Source: a virus
Lineage: Duplodnaviria > Heunggongvirae > Uroviricota > Caudoviricetes
Length of the DNA: 64,000 bases
Virus record (IMG/VR): IMGVR_UViG_3300037418_003103
Direction: 5' to 3' (one strand)
The notes beneath the pieces are model-generated. The model was not told where the DNA came from and searched no databases. It worked only from the letters and a program-made list of their open reading frames with translations. The first letter of the stretch is position 1. The number at the start of each line of letters is the position of its first letter. Below are positions 16,185 to 24,985 of this stretch, one piece after another. The translations under genes and the position numbers were made by a program.

Positions 16185-16258
16185 TGGTCCCTGCTGGATT
16201 CGAACCAGCGGCCCTTGGTTTGTAATACCAATGCTCTAACCAACTGAGCTAAAGGACT
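16185..16258 (-). tRNA. tRNA-Val(TAC)
   Basis: Cloverleaf; A1-C72 mismatch; A32. Confidence 0.9.
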
Positions 16259-16259
16259 A

Positions 16260-16298
16260 TGGAGCCGAGAGGCAGCATCCCTGCCTGTTCAACTCGGC
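16260..16298 (-). ncRNA. CCA-ended tRNA minihelix-like RNA
   Basis: GCCGAG TTGAAC AGGCAG GGATG CTGCCT CTCGGC T CCA. Confidence 0.5.
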
Positions 16299-16315
16299 AT
16301 ATACTCTTTATAATT

Positions 16316-16519
16316 TTATTCAAAATAATCTGTCGCAATAACCAACTCATCTAATTTCTTTTTACTAACCTTCTTTGCTATTATCTTAAGATCATACTCT
16401 TCCCACCTAATTTGTGCTTTACGAATTGCTTCCTCTTCTGATTCGGCAAGAGTATAACAATACATTGGTGTTTTTGCTCCTTTCATTATAGGTATAAATA
16501 CAAAATATAATTCATTCAT
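16316..16519 (-). CDS. hypothetical protein
   Basis: 67-aa ORF, AESEEEA motif. Confidence 0.65.
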   Translation of the reverse strand: MNELYFVFIPIMKGAKTPMYCYTLAESEEEAIRKAQIRWEEYDLKIIAKKVSKKKLDELVIATDYFE

Positions 16520-16534
16520 TTGTTAATTTTTTTG

Positions 16535-16608
16535 TGGAGTAGGCGAGCATCAAACTCGCTACCTCCTGCATGCAAAGCAGGTGCTCTATCCAACTGAGCT
16601 TCTACCCC
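16535..16608 (-). tRNA. tRNA-Ala(TGC)
   Basis: G3.U70, A73. Confidence 0.92.
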
Positions 16609-16626
16609 ATTTAATTCTTTTCTTTG

Positions 16627-16699
16627 TAGCCTTGAATGGATTCGAACCATTATCCTCGGCTTAGAAGGTCGATGCTCTGGTCCATTGAGCTACAAAGCT
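16627..16699 (-). tRNA. tRNA-Arg(TCT)
   Basis: Cloverleaf, one A.C mismatch in anticodon stem. Confidence 0.9.
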
Positions 16700-16737
16700 A
16701 TTGTTGCACGAAAATAGTGTATTTAGCTAAATATACT

Positions 16738-17010
16738 TTATTTAAAGTATATTTTATAATTTTTAATTGGGTTGTCGGTTAATTTGTTAGTACTTTCCAA
16801 ATACCATCCAATATCATACGTTTCGCTATCTATATTACTAATTTCTATTTTCATACCATCCTTTTTCAATTTTTCAATAGTTTCTGCTGAAACAAAACAC
16901 TCAAATAATGTTACATAGTTTAACTTATTTTCTGGGTTATAGGTGGTATTATGTATTAATGTTATAATATCTTCATACGTTTTTTCATGAAACTTTCCCA
17001 ATTCTGTCAT
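16738..17010 (-). CDS. hypothetical protein
   Basis: 90-aa ORF between tRNAs. Confidence 0.65.
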   Translation of the reverse strand: MTELGKFHEKTYEDIITLIHNTTYNPENKLNYVTLFECFVSAETIEKLKKDGMKIEISNIDSETYDIGWYLESTNKLTDNPIKNYKIYFK

Positions 17011-17027
17011 AATTTTTAATTTTTTAG

Positions 17028-17100
17028 CGCGCAGTCAAGGAATCGAACCTTGTCCATGCTAGGTTTTGGAGACCTGCCGCATACCATTATGCTACCACGC
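17028..17100 (-). tRNA. tRNA-Trp(CCA)
   Basis: CT CCA AA loop, G73; bulged anticodon stem. Confidence 0.85.
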
Positions 17101-17103
17101 ATT

Positions 17104-17292
17104 TTATTTTTCGTATTCAAACAACTTAACAAAAATCAGAACCCTCCCTCTTTCTCTTTCAAATCTAAGCTCCGCTTTATCATCAACATCTTTCGCCTTC
17201 TTTAAGTACTTATCGTATATCTGATCAAAGTCCTTATTAAAATCCTTTTCTTTCTCACTCCCTAACTTCCTGTAACGCTCTGTGTTTTCCAT
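17104..17292 (-). CDS. hypothetical protein
   Basis: 62-aa ORF, first gene after the attenuator. Confidence 0.6.
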   Translation of the reverse strand: MENTERYRKLGSEKEKDFNKDFDQIYDKYLKKAKDVDDKAELRFERERGRVLIFVKLFEYEK

Positions 17293-17296
17293 ATTA

Positions 17297-17325
17297 ATAA
17301 AAAACCCCCGATTTTGTCGGGGGCT
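17297..17325 (-). terminator. intrinsic terminator/attenuator ahead of the tRNA array
   Basis: AGCCCCCGA CAAAA TCGGGGGTT TTTT. Confidence 0.85.
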
Positions 17326-17346
17326 ATCTAAGTTACTTTTATATTT

Positions 17347-17445
17347 TTAAAAATATTCAGTATCATACATAACACACCCCAATTCAATGTCTTCGCATTG
17401 TGCCCAATTAAATCGTATCCCTGTTTCTATGACTACTTGTCTCAT
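17347..17445 (-). CDS. putative leader peptide MRQVVIETGIRFNWAQCEDIELGCVMYDTEYF
   Basis: 32-codon ORF between promoter and terminator; codons match array anticodons. Confidence 0.75.
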   Translation of the reverse strand: MRQVVIETGIRFNWAQCEDIELGCVMYDTEYF

Positions 17446-17475
17446 TATTATTATGTTTTAACTTTCTTTGTCATT

Positions 17476-17519
17476 ATAAATATAATGCAAATATACTAAA
17501 AGTAATTATTACAACCAAC
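17476..17519 (-). promoter_or_regulatory. promoter(s) of the tRNA array
   Basis: GTTG(17516-17519)-N20-TATATTTG(17488-17495), plus ATATTTAT at 17476-17483. Confidence 0.7.
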
Positions 17520-17533
17520 TTTTTTATTTTTTT

Positions 17534-18172
17534 TTAAACATCAAGCTGTGAAGTGATGCTTATACTAAAAAGATAGGTATTATTTGTTTCATTAAATCCA
17601 TCTAAATAAGCGTTGATATGGGAAACATATCCGCCTGGATTACCTTCAACTCCATGACTATTGTAATTTAATTCTTTCGCAAACTCTTTAGGATTACCAG
17701 AAATACTACTAGGTATCTGAAGTTTAAATTCCATTGTTGATCCTTCCTCTGACTCAGAAACCTTAAGAGTATTCTTTAAGATATATTTACCATAAGGCTC
17801 TATGGAATGATAAGCATCATCCAAATATTGAGCTGATCGTTTTTCTGAAATGTAAGGAGGTAACTCTGCATCGTCCCATCCAAGCTCAAATGAAGCAACC
17901 TTTATTGCTTCTTGTCTTAACCTCTCAGCACCTTCTTTATCTCCTAGATTAAATTGGGCCTTTCCTTTATCGTACAACTCAATAGCTTTCCTTTCGGCTT
18001 CTTTATTTGAACCATGATCACCATCGGTTGGATCTGTTTCGCTATAAAGACTAGTTTCTAATATATCATCAGGTCTCTTAATTTTATTAAAATTATCTTT
18101 AAAAGATTCTATGATAGCCTTCTGTTTTTGCCTCAATATTAGTTTCTTTTCCTTATTTGTAAGTATTTTCAT
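17534..18172 (-). CDS. hypothetical late protein
   Basis: 212-aa ORF behind ATATTTAT. Confidence 0.7.
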   Translation of the reverse strand: MKILTNKEKKLILRQKQKAIIESFKDNFNKIKRPDDILETSLYSETDPTDGDHGSNKEAERKAIELYDKGKAQFNLGDKEGAERLRQEAIKVASFELGWDDAELPPYISEKRSAQYLDDAYHSIEPYGKYILKNTLKVSESEEGSTMEFKLQIPSSISGNPKEFAKELNYNSHGVEGNPGGYVSHINAYLDGFNETNNTYLFSISITSQLDV

Positions 18173-18233
18173 TTAGAGGTTGTTTTATTATAAATATAAG
18201 CATAAATATAAATGTTAACTTATACAACACTCA

Positions 18234-18407
18234 TTAAATGTCAAGTTTTAGTTGTTTAAATTTAGATTTCTTTTGTTTTTTATTCTCAGCATTAACTATC
18301 TCAGTATACTTAATGCATAATTTGTATATTGCATCATACAGGTCTGTTTTGATTTCTGTATCCCTTAATTCATGCTTTGCAAGTGCTGTAAAATCTTCTG
18401 GTTTCAT
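18234..18407 (-). CDS. hypothetical protein (57 aa, below ORF-track cutoff)
   Basis: MKPEDFTALAKHELRD...; fills gap 5 nt after the methylase stop. Confidence 0.6.
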   Translation of the reverse strand: MKPEDFTALAKHELRDTEIKTDLYDAIYKLCIKYTEIVNAENKKQKKSKFKQLKLDI

Positions 18408-18412
18408 ATACT

Positions 18413-19183
18413 TTATTTTAATTCCTTTGTAAATGGCTCAAGTCCTATTAATTTTCTATTTTCTTCAACTCTGTTAAGACCAACTTCAAAAGAATGCGGA
18501 TCATTCTCCATGCAAATCCAGCCTCTCTTTAAATTATCACAAGCCACTGCGATGGTAAATGAACCAGCGCAATTATCCAAGACAACCTCCCCTTCATTTG
18601 TGTACGTTTTTATAATATATTCACATAACTTAACTGGTTTTTGTGTGGAGTGAAGATTTAATTTTTGTCTATCAGACGGAAATTGAAGGACACTAATTGG
18701 ATATCGTTCAGTTGAATCATAAGTTGTGTAATTACCGTATTCACCATAAATTTCCCCTTGTGGCGTATTCCTCTTATGGTGAGCCGTTGAAACCTTTCTC
18801 TTATGACCATGTGTTTTGATGTAATTATATGTTGGTAAATGCTTATAGAAAACAAGAATGTTCTCATGTGCCTTCATTGGCGCCTTTTTGGCATTTAAAT
18901 GGCCAGTGGGTCGTGTTTTTTGCCAAATCCATTCATACCTAAGCATCTCTAGATTACTGGCTCCAAGAACCTTGTCAAACGGCGTTTGAGCAAAGAGACA
19001 AATAGCCCCATCATCCTTAATTACACGTTTATATTGCTTCCATAATTTTTCTAAGTCTATTATTGAATCCCATTTGCAATGTGTTGTTCCATATGGCAAA
19101 TCAGCGAATATTAAATCAACGCTCTTGTCAGGTATTTTATTCATCTCAATTAAGCAATCTCCGAAATAAGCCTTGTTAATCAT
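18413..19183 (-). CDS. DNA N6-adenine/N4-cytosine methyltransferase (beta class)
   Basis: DLPY, H.TQKP, VLDNCAGS. Confidence 0.9.
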   Translation of the reverse strand: MINKAYFGDCLIEMNKIPDKSVDLIFADLPYGTTHCKWDSIIDLEKLWKQYKRVIKDDGAICLFAQTPFDKVLGASNLEMLRYEWIWQKTRPTGHLNAKKAPMKAHENILVFYKHLPTYNYIKTHGHKRKVSTAHHKRNTPQGEIYGEYGNYTTYDSTERYPISVLQFPSDRQKLNLHSTQKPVKLCEYIIKTYTNEGEVVLDNCAGSFTIAVACDNLKRGWICMENDPHSFEVGLNRVEENRKLIGLEPFTKELK

Positions 19184-19186
19184 TAA

Positions 19187-20032
19187 TTATTTACTTGTTT
19201 TGTCGTTTAAATTTAGATATCTAATAGCAGGCGGTATCGGTGGAGCAGGTGCTTGGGTACCTTGTATTGAAGTCTTTACATTGCTTTTTATGTCTCCTTC
19301 TTTTAATGGCTCAGATTTATTAGGGCATAGATCTTCACCAAAGAAAGATGAAAACATGTTGCTAGCTTTATCTACCCAGTCAGTAATTTTTGTTATAAAA
19401 ATTGGTGACGAAAGATCACGATGACGTCTACTCAATTCAATATCCACCATAGTTTCTAAATTTATAAGATTTGATGAGTTAAGTATAACACTATCAGCCA
19501 CAATTGAGTCCTGTTCGGTTTCTGATAAGTGATTCCCCTGGTATGGATTATCAGGCCTACGTATCTCCCAAATTTCACCTCCAAGTTCTTTAACAGCATC
19601 AGATTCATGACGAAACCTAATATCAGATAGTAGTAGTTTCATGTCAGGAGTTAACTTTATTTGTTTCTCATACCATAATTTAAAACGCTGAACCCAAATC
19701 TTTCGTCCAAAAGGAAATTCACCCTCTTTTAAATGATTCTGTATATCAAATTGAAACAGGTCAGTTCCAACAATTTCCATTGCTCTCCTAGGAGACAATC
19801 CCCACCTAGGATCAACTGTTTCTTTCTGTTCCTGGGTTCCCCATAGTTGTTCCCTACTGAAGTCAAATATATGTACCATTGCTTCCTTCATTGGATCTCC
19901 GAAGGCATACTCTTGGTAACCATATTTACTAATAAGGTATTTAGCCGTGGTAGATTTACCAGAAAATTTTCGTCCTTTGATGCCTATTATTTTCATTCTA
20001 TTTAATTTTTTCATTGGGTATTTTATCAACAA
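19187..20032 (-). CDS. deoxynucleoside monophosphate kinase
   Basis: G.K.SGKST P-loop, PR..ME..GTD, SDIRF..E, H.SE; true start probably ~19996. Confidence 0.85.
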   Translation of the reverse strand: MLIKYPMKKLNRMKIIGIKGRKFSGKSTTAKYLISKYGYQEYAFGDPMKEAMVHIFDFSREQLWGTQEQKETVDPRWGLSPRRAMEIVGTDLFQFDIQNHLKEGEFPFGRKIWVQRFKLWYEKQIKLTPDMKLLLSDIRFRHESDAVKELGGEIWEIRRPDNPYQGNHLSETEQDSIVADSVILNSSNLINLETMVDIELSRRHRDLSSPIFITKITDWVDKASNMFSSFFGEDLCPNKSEPLKEGDIKSNVKTSIQGTQAPAPPIPPAIRYLNLNDKTSK

Positions 20033-20189
20033 CTATACACACTCCAAAAGGTTTTTGGCATGTATGAATAACTTCAACCACTCTATAATATACATTATTT
20101 AAATACAGACACTCTCCCTGTCTTGGAAGTACCTTTAAATTCACTTCCTTAAGCTCTTCCCACTCTTTATTTATAATTCTAATTTTCAC
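19998..20189 (-). CDS. hypothetical protein
   Basis: LPR.GE motif, 63 aa. Confidence 0.6.
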   Translation of the reverse strand: MKIRIINKEWEELKEVNLKVLPRQGECLYLNNVYYRVVEVIHTCQKPFGVCIVVDKIPNEKIK

Positions 20190-20235
20190 TTTAATTTAAA
20201 ATCCTATCCATTATATTTATTATAAAATATTTATC

Positions 20236-20310
20236 ATGATAAAAGACGAAAGACAATACGGATGCGGTTGTAAGAAACCTAAGCCGCCAGTAACAGTTAA
20301 AAAACCTTAA
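20236..20310 (+). CDS. 24-aa peptide MIKDERQYGCGCKKPKPPVTVKKP
   Basis: Immediately after ATATTTAT and followed by a terminator. Confidence 0.55.
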   Translation: MIKDERQYGCGCKKPKPPVTVKKP

Positions 20311-20350
20311 AAATGACCCCTTTATAGTTTAGTATAAAGGGGCTCATTTT
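20310..20350. terminator. bidirectional terminator
   Basis: aaaatga-cccctttata / tataaagggg-c-tcatttt hairpin between convergent genes. Confidence 0.7.
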
Positions 20351-20442
20351 CTCATAAGCACGAAACGGTAGTTTTGGTAAGGCACCCAAGTTTTGGTTTA
20401 ATTTTTCATAGGCTTTGGTTAATCATAGGTATTGGATAGCCT

Positions 20443-21156
20443 TTAGGATATTTGATTAATTTTTATGTCTTTTTTTGATTTTATTATTCCGTCTATTATT
20501 CCGTATTTTAGGCTCTCTTCAGCATTAAGCCATAAATCTCTATCTGCGTCTTTTTTAACTTGTTTAGAAGTTTTACCAGTATATGAGCCTAATAAGTCAA
20601 ATAATACATCATTAAACTTTTCTGCTTCATTAATAGATATTCTCATATCAGCAATAGTGCCCTCAGCGCCTGATGAAACTTGATGGAGCATAACCCTACT
20701 AAATCTAAGAGAGTATCGCTTACCTTTGGTCCCTGAGCCTAAAAGGACACTTCCCATGCTCGCAGCCATTCCAGTATTTATAGTTATTATATCTGATGAT
20801 ACATAATCCATTACGTCTACAATACTAAGGCCATTTGTAACACTTCCACCAGGGCTATCCACATGCATTATAATATCTTTCTTTTCTACGTTGTCAAGAA
20901 ACATCAGCTGTGCCTGAACAACAGTACTCATCTGTGAGTTAACTGGTCCAGAAACCCAAAGTATCCTATCCATTAGCATCCTTGAGAAGATATCCATTTG
21001 AGTTACCCTCAGCTCTCTTTCTTCAAGAATATATGGCGTAAGAGACGCGTCAGAACCATACAACTTATTTTGTATGACAGCCCAATTGTCAAATTGCTGT
21101 TGATGTATTCCTAAATGATTGGTGGCGTAATTTTTAAACTCTTTTGCGTAATTCAT
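20443..21156 (-). CDS. clpP: ATP-dependent Clp protease proteolytic subunit
   Basis: DIFSR, SPGGSV, AASMGS, MLHQ, DRD. Confidence 0.95.
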   Translation of the reverse strand: MNYAKEFKNYATNHLGIHQQQFDNWAVIQNKLYGSDASLTPYILEERELRVTQMDIFSRMLMDRILWVSGPVNSQMSTVVQAQLMFLDNVEKKDIIMHVDSPGGSVTNGLSIVDVMDYVSSDIITINTGMAASMGSVLLGSGTKGKRYSLRFSRVMLHQVSSGAEGTIADMRISINEAEKFNDVLFDLLGSYTGKTSKQVKKDADRDLWLNAEESLKYGIIDGIIKSKKDIKINQIS

Positions 21157-21167
21157 TAAATTTTTAA

Positions 21168-21584
21168 TTAAGCAGCTTCTTCTTCTAATTTTTCCTGAAA
21201 TAATGTTTTAATACTCTCATTTAGTACTTCGTATTTATCATATCCGTATTTTCTAAGTAATAGTGAATAAGTTTTAACGTCTGGTGTAGTAATAACCATC
21301 TTTCCTTTTTCTGTATCAAAATGGATGCGTGCAAGTAATTCTTCTACTACCATTTTTTTCTGTTCTAATTCTAATTTTTCAAATATGCTTCCATTAATAA
21401 CTACAATTACATCCACATTTGTCATATGCTTAAGAATTTCATTAGCTTTGGTCACTTTGCCAATTTCTTTAAGTTCGCTATTATCTAATAGCTTAACATT
21501 AATATGGTTATCCAGACCAGTAGCATCTAATAAGCCATCAAATAATTCTTGTACGTCATCGTACACTTCTTCAAATTTATTCAT
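21168..21584 (-). CDS. hypothetical protein, phage metallopeptidase-like without HExxH
   Basis: 138 aa; EQK..VVEELL..I, PDV. Confidence 0.55.
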   Translation of the reverse strand: MNKFEEVYDDVQELFDGLLDATGLDNHINVKLLDNSELKEIGKVTKANEILKHMTNVDVIVVINGSIFEKLELEQKKMVVEELLARIHFDTEKGKMVITTPDVKTYSLLLRKYGYDKYEVLNESIKTLFQEKLEEEAA

Positions 21585-21657
21585 TTTATTTATCGTTTAA
21601 TTTAAATAAAAATACTAATAGAATCATTTAATCACAACTTTTTTAATGAATAAATTT

Positions 21658-22644
21658 TTAATTAATATCACTTAAATTCTTTAGATTTTCAATTAGCTTC
21701 TTTTCTTCTTTTGTAATTGATGAGGGTATTTCTATATCAAGTGTAACAATCATATCACCTCTAACGTCTGAATTAATAAATTTCATACCTTTATTCTTAA
21801 CCCTAAGATTGTCTCCAACCCTACTAAATTCAGGTATGGTTATTTTTATAAGGGTTCCTTCAATTGTTGGAATCTCCACCTTATCACCTAGAACTAATTG
21901 CGGATAAGTTAATTTTAATTTATAATTCAAATCATTAGCATTTCTTACAAACTTATCATGTGGCAGCACATTTATATGAATAATTAAAGATCCTTCAATA
22001 CCACTCTTGATTCCGTTCCCCTTGCCTTGTATAGAAGTAGACATGCCAGTATAAACACCAGCAGGAAACATCACTTCAATGGAATCTTCCGATAAAATAA
22101 TACCCTTCCCATTGCATGCAGTACAAATAATTTCAGGTACATTACCACTCCCTGAGCATGCGTGACAAACGTGATAATTTTGCATAGAACCAAACGGTGT
22201 ATTGGTCGTCTGTATTACACTACCTGTGCCATGACAATTTGTGCAAGTTTTTAAATTAGAACCACCATTTGAATTACACTCCGTGCAATTTTTATATCTT
22301 CTATAAGTGTATGTTTTTTTTGTAGGATTAAAAACCTGTTCAAGAGTCAAGTCAATTTTTATAGCCAGATCACTGCCAGTTCTAATCTGTTGTTGTCTAA
22401 ACATACTAGCAAATTCTTCAAATGCGTTAAAATTATCTCCATTGTGACCATGCCTATCATATTTTGAACGCTTTTCTGGGTTTGACAATACCTCATTAGC
22501 CTCATTAATTTCTTTGAATGTATTTTCATCCCCACCCATATCTGGATGATATTTTTTACTCAATCTCCTGTAGGCTTTTTTAATTTCTTCCTGAGAGGCT
22601 GTTTTATCTACCTCCAGTATCTCGTAATAATCTCTTTTATCCAT
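21658..22644 (-). CDS. dnaJ: DnaJ chaperone
   Basis: HPD J domain, four CxxCxGxG repeats, C-terminal domain. Confidence 0.95.
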   Translation of the reverse strand: MDKRDYYEILEVDKTASQEEIKKAYRRLSKKYHPDMGGDENTFKEINEANEVLSNPEKRSKYDRHGHNGDNFNAFEEFASMFRQQQIRTGSDLAIKIDLTLEQVFNPTKKTYTYRRYKNCTECNSNGGSNLKTCTNCHGTGSVIQTTNTPFGSMQNYHVCHACSGSGNVPEIICTACNGKGIILSEDSIEVMFPAGVYTGMSTSIQGKGNGIKSGIEGSLIIHINVLPHDKFVRNANDLNYKLKLTYPQLVLGDKVEIPTIEGTLIKITIPEFSRVGDNLRVKNKGMKFINSDVRGDMIVTLDIEIPSSITKEEKKLIENLKNLSDIN

Positions 22645-22696
22645 TTACTCTATTTATTATCAAACAAACATACTTATATTTTTTAAAAAAAACAAC

Positions 22697-23356
22697 ATGG
22701 TTTATAGGGTCATTTTATTAAGGAACGGAGAATACAAGTCCACCTTGTACCGTTGTTTGACTAGAGAAAATGCTTTTATCAATTTTAATAAGATTAAAGA
22801 AAATAATAAAGATGTACTCTTTCCAAAAAAATTTATTAATTGCGGTGCTATAAAGCCAGTAAAATATGAAATAGCTGTTAGCAAAATAACAGAAGACACA
22901 GATAGCTTCAGAGTTCTTAGAAATGATGCAGGTAAAATATATGTCGAAAAACCTATTGGTGATTGGACCATTCTGCATTCAGATGAATACCTAATTGAAG
23001 AAGGATTTAATATGTTAGGTTATCAATCCAGAAAAAATAAACCAACCATTAAAGAAGTAATTAAAAAGATAAGCTCTGGCGCTTATAAAAAAAATATGGT
23101 AAAACAGGTAATTGTTGTGCATAACAAGTTAGTAATTCATAACGAAGAACAATTTGATATGGTTATCTGTAAATGTATTGAAGACGCACAAAGGCTTCAT
23201 CACACTCTAGCTAGAATAGCTAAAAAACAAAAAATAAAAAGTATTCTATTTATGGGTACGGCCTCCCAAGCAAGTATCAGCAAAATGTATCAAATTATAC
23301 ATGAAAATACTGGTTGGGCCATGACAAGAATTAGAAGAAGGACTACTAGGCCTTAA
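22697..23356 (+). CDS. hypothetical protein
   Basis: 219-aa ORF. Confidence 0.7.
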   Translation: MVYRVILLRNGEYKSTLYRCLTRENAFINFNKIKENNKDVLFPKKFINCGAIKPVKYEIAVSKITEDTDSFRVLRNDAGKIYVEKPIGDWTILHSDEYLIEEGFNMLGYQSRKNKPTIKEVIKKISSGAYKKNMVKQVIVVHNKLVIHNEEQFDMVICKCIEDAQRLHHTLARIAKKQKIKSILFMGTASQASISKMYQIIHENTGWAMTRIRRRTTRP

Positions 23357-24601
23357 GCAAAAAGTGACTCTAATTTATGCTGAAGAGTTCTTAACTCCAT
23401 CTCATATTTAGCTAACTCTTGTTGCTTATCTAAAGGCATTTCGCCAAAATACTGAGACTTTAATTTATTTATTTTATAGTGTATTGCATCACCCTGTCTG
23501 ACACAAGAATCGTAAATCTCTGCCTTCTCTTCATTAGTTAAGTTGTTACTCATTTTATTTTAGCTTTTAAATTACCACCAATATCAAATTGTTTACTTAT
23601 GTCTTGAATCAAGTTGTTTATTCTTTCCATTTCTACTTCAGAAACCAGGATGGGGTTTATACACTCCACTCTCTCTTCTGTGTCCGTCGCTAAGAAAAAC
23701 GCCATCATGTTAGCATTCTTACTCTCAATAAGTGTATTAACCGACTTACTGATCTGTTCAATGAGCGAAATATTTGCAAATGTTTCTCTAAACATGTAGA
23801 AAATAACTATTAGAGGATATTCCTTTTTCATATAGATCCTTTAAATTCATTGAATGTTATTTCTGTTACGAAAGGATTTGTATCGAACGTAGCATTATTA
23901 TCATAATTGAACGATTGTTTGTTGAACAAACTAATAACCCTTTCATTCTTTGCATCGATACCTAACTCCAGATGGCAATCAATAATTGTATCTCCATTCA
24001 TCAGATAAATAATAAACTCTGGAACCAATCTATCTTTATGAATACTGCTTTTATATTGGTCGATTTCTTTAACTACAATTCTCATTTGATTAACATTTAA
24101 ATAAAACTACTAATTTATATTTAAAAGTAAACTGATACCCAACTTTGTGCGTTAATTATTATTTTTAATAAATTTAAATGTTATCCCCTCTATTTCAAGT
24201 TCATAGTCCATCTCTTGACCGATATCAGTACTTGTATCAAACGATTCAGTTCTATAATATAACTCTTCTCTAAGTTGCTTATGATTTAAGGGGTCTAAAT
24301 TATAAACTATAGACATGCCTACTTTATTAATCTTGTCGTTATTTATTATTTCTGAAACAGTTTCTATTAGTTGATCAAAATTCATTATTTAAAATTTAGT
24401 AAAAAATTTAATTAATCCTTCCGTCAATTTTTTTAGAAACGGTTTTTTAATAATAGTTATTTTGTTATAATTATTTTTTAAATCTTCTCCAAGGCCATTT
24501 TTCAACTCACTAATAAAATTTTTTTTAGCGTTATCAGTTCTATCGAAAGCTTTTTTATTCTCAGATATAGTGTATATTAACTCTTTTTCTAAAATGTCCA
24601 T
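23353..24601 (-). CDS. cluster of five small hypothetical proteins (23353-23553, 23550-23831, 23828-24085, 24152-24385, 24389-24601)
   Basis: Tightly packed ORFs with ATGA overlaps. Confidence 0.65.
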
Positions 24602-24670
24602 TTTTTTTTATTTAAAAATACTAAAAATTATTTACAATAGTAAGATCATCAATTATTTTTTAATAAAAAC

Positions 24671-24985
24671 ATGAAAATATTATTATTTATTTTTCTAGCT
24701 TATGGTATAACAAACATACTTGTTTTTGGAAGTATATTCGATAATTGGAGGAATTTCTGGCAAAAAATTAATCCTGGCTTTTTTGGTAAACTATTTAGTT
24801 GCCCTCTTTGTCTCTCAACATGGGTTGGAGCTATCCTATCCTTCATTCTAAACAAATATGGCTATTCAACGCCGTTTCAAAGCTATGGCATCACGCATCT
24901 TCCACTAATTGTATTCTTTGATGCATGTTTTAGTTCGGGAACGGTATGGCTTATACACACGCTACAGGAACATTTTGAATCTTAA
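24671..24985 (+). CDS. DUF1360-like membrane protein
   Basis: KLFSCPLCLSTWVG. Confidence 0.6.
   Translation: MKILLFIFLAYGITNILVFGSIFDNWRNFWQKINPGFFGKLFSCPLCLSTWVGAILSFILNKYGYSTPFQSYGITHLPLIVFFDACFSSGTVWLIHTLQEHFES

Noticed and set aside
17442-17474. Mini-ORF MTKKVKT followed by TAA TAA TAA TGA ahead of the leader
   Set aside because: Present, but easily explained by AT-rich initiation sequence; no independent support.
20385-20465. Weak ATTAAYCAAA/CCTATG repeats after clpP
   Set aside because: Too short and degenerate for an AT-rich genome.
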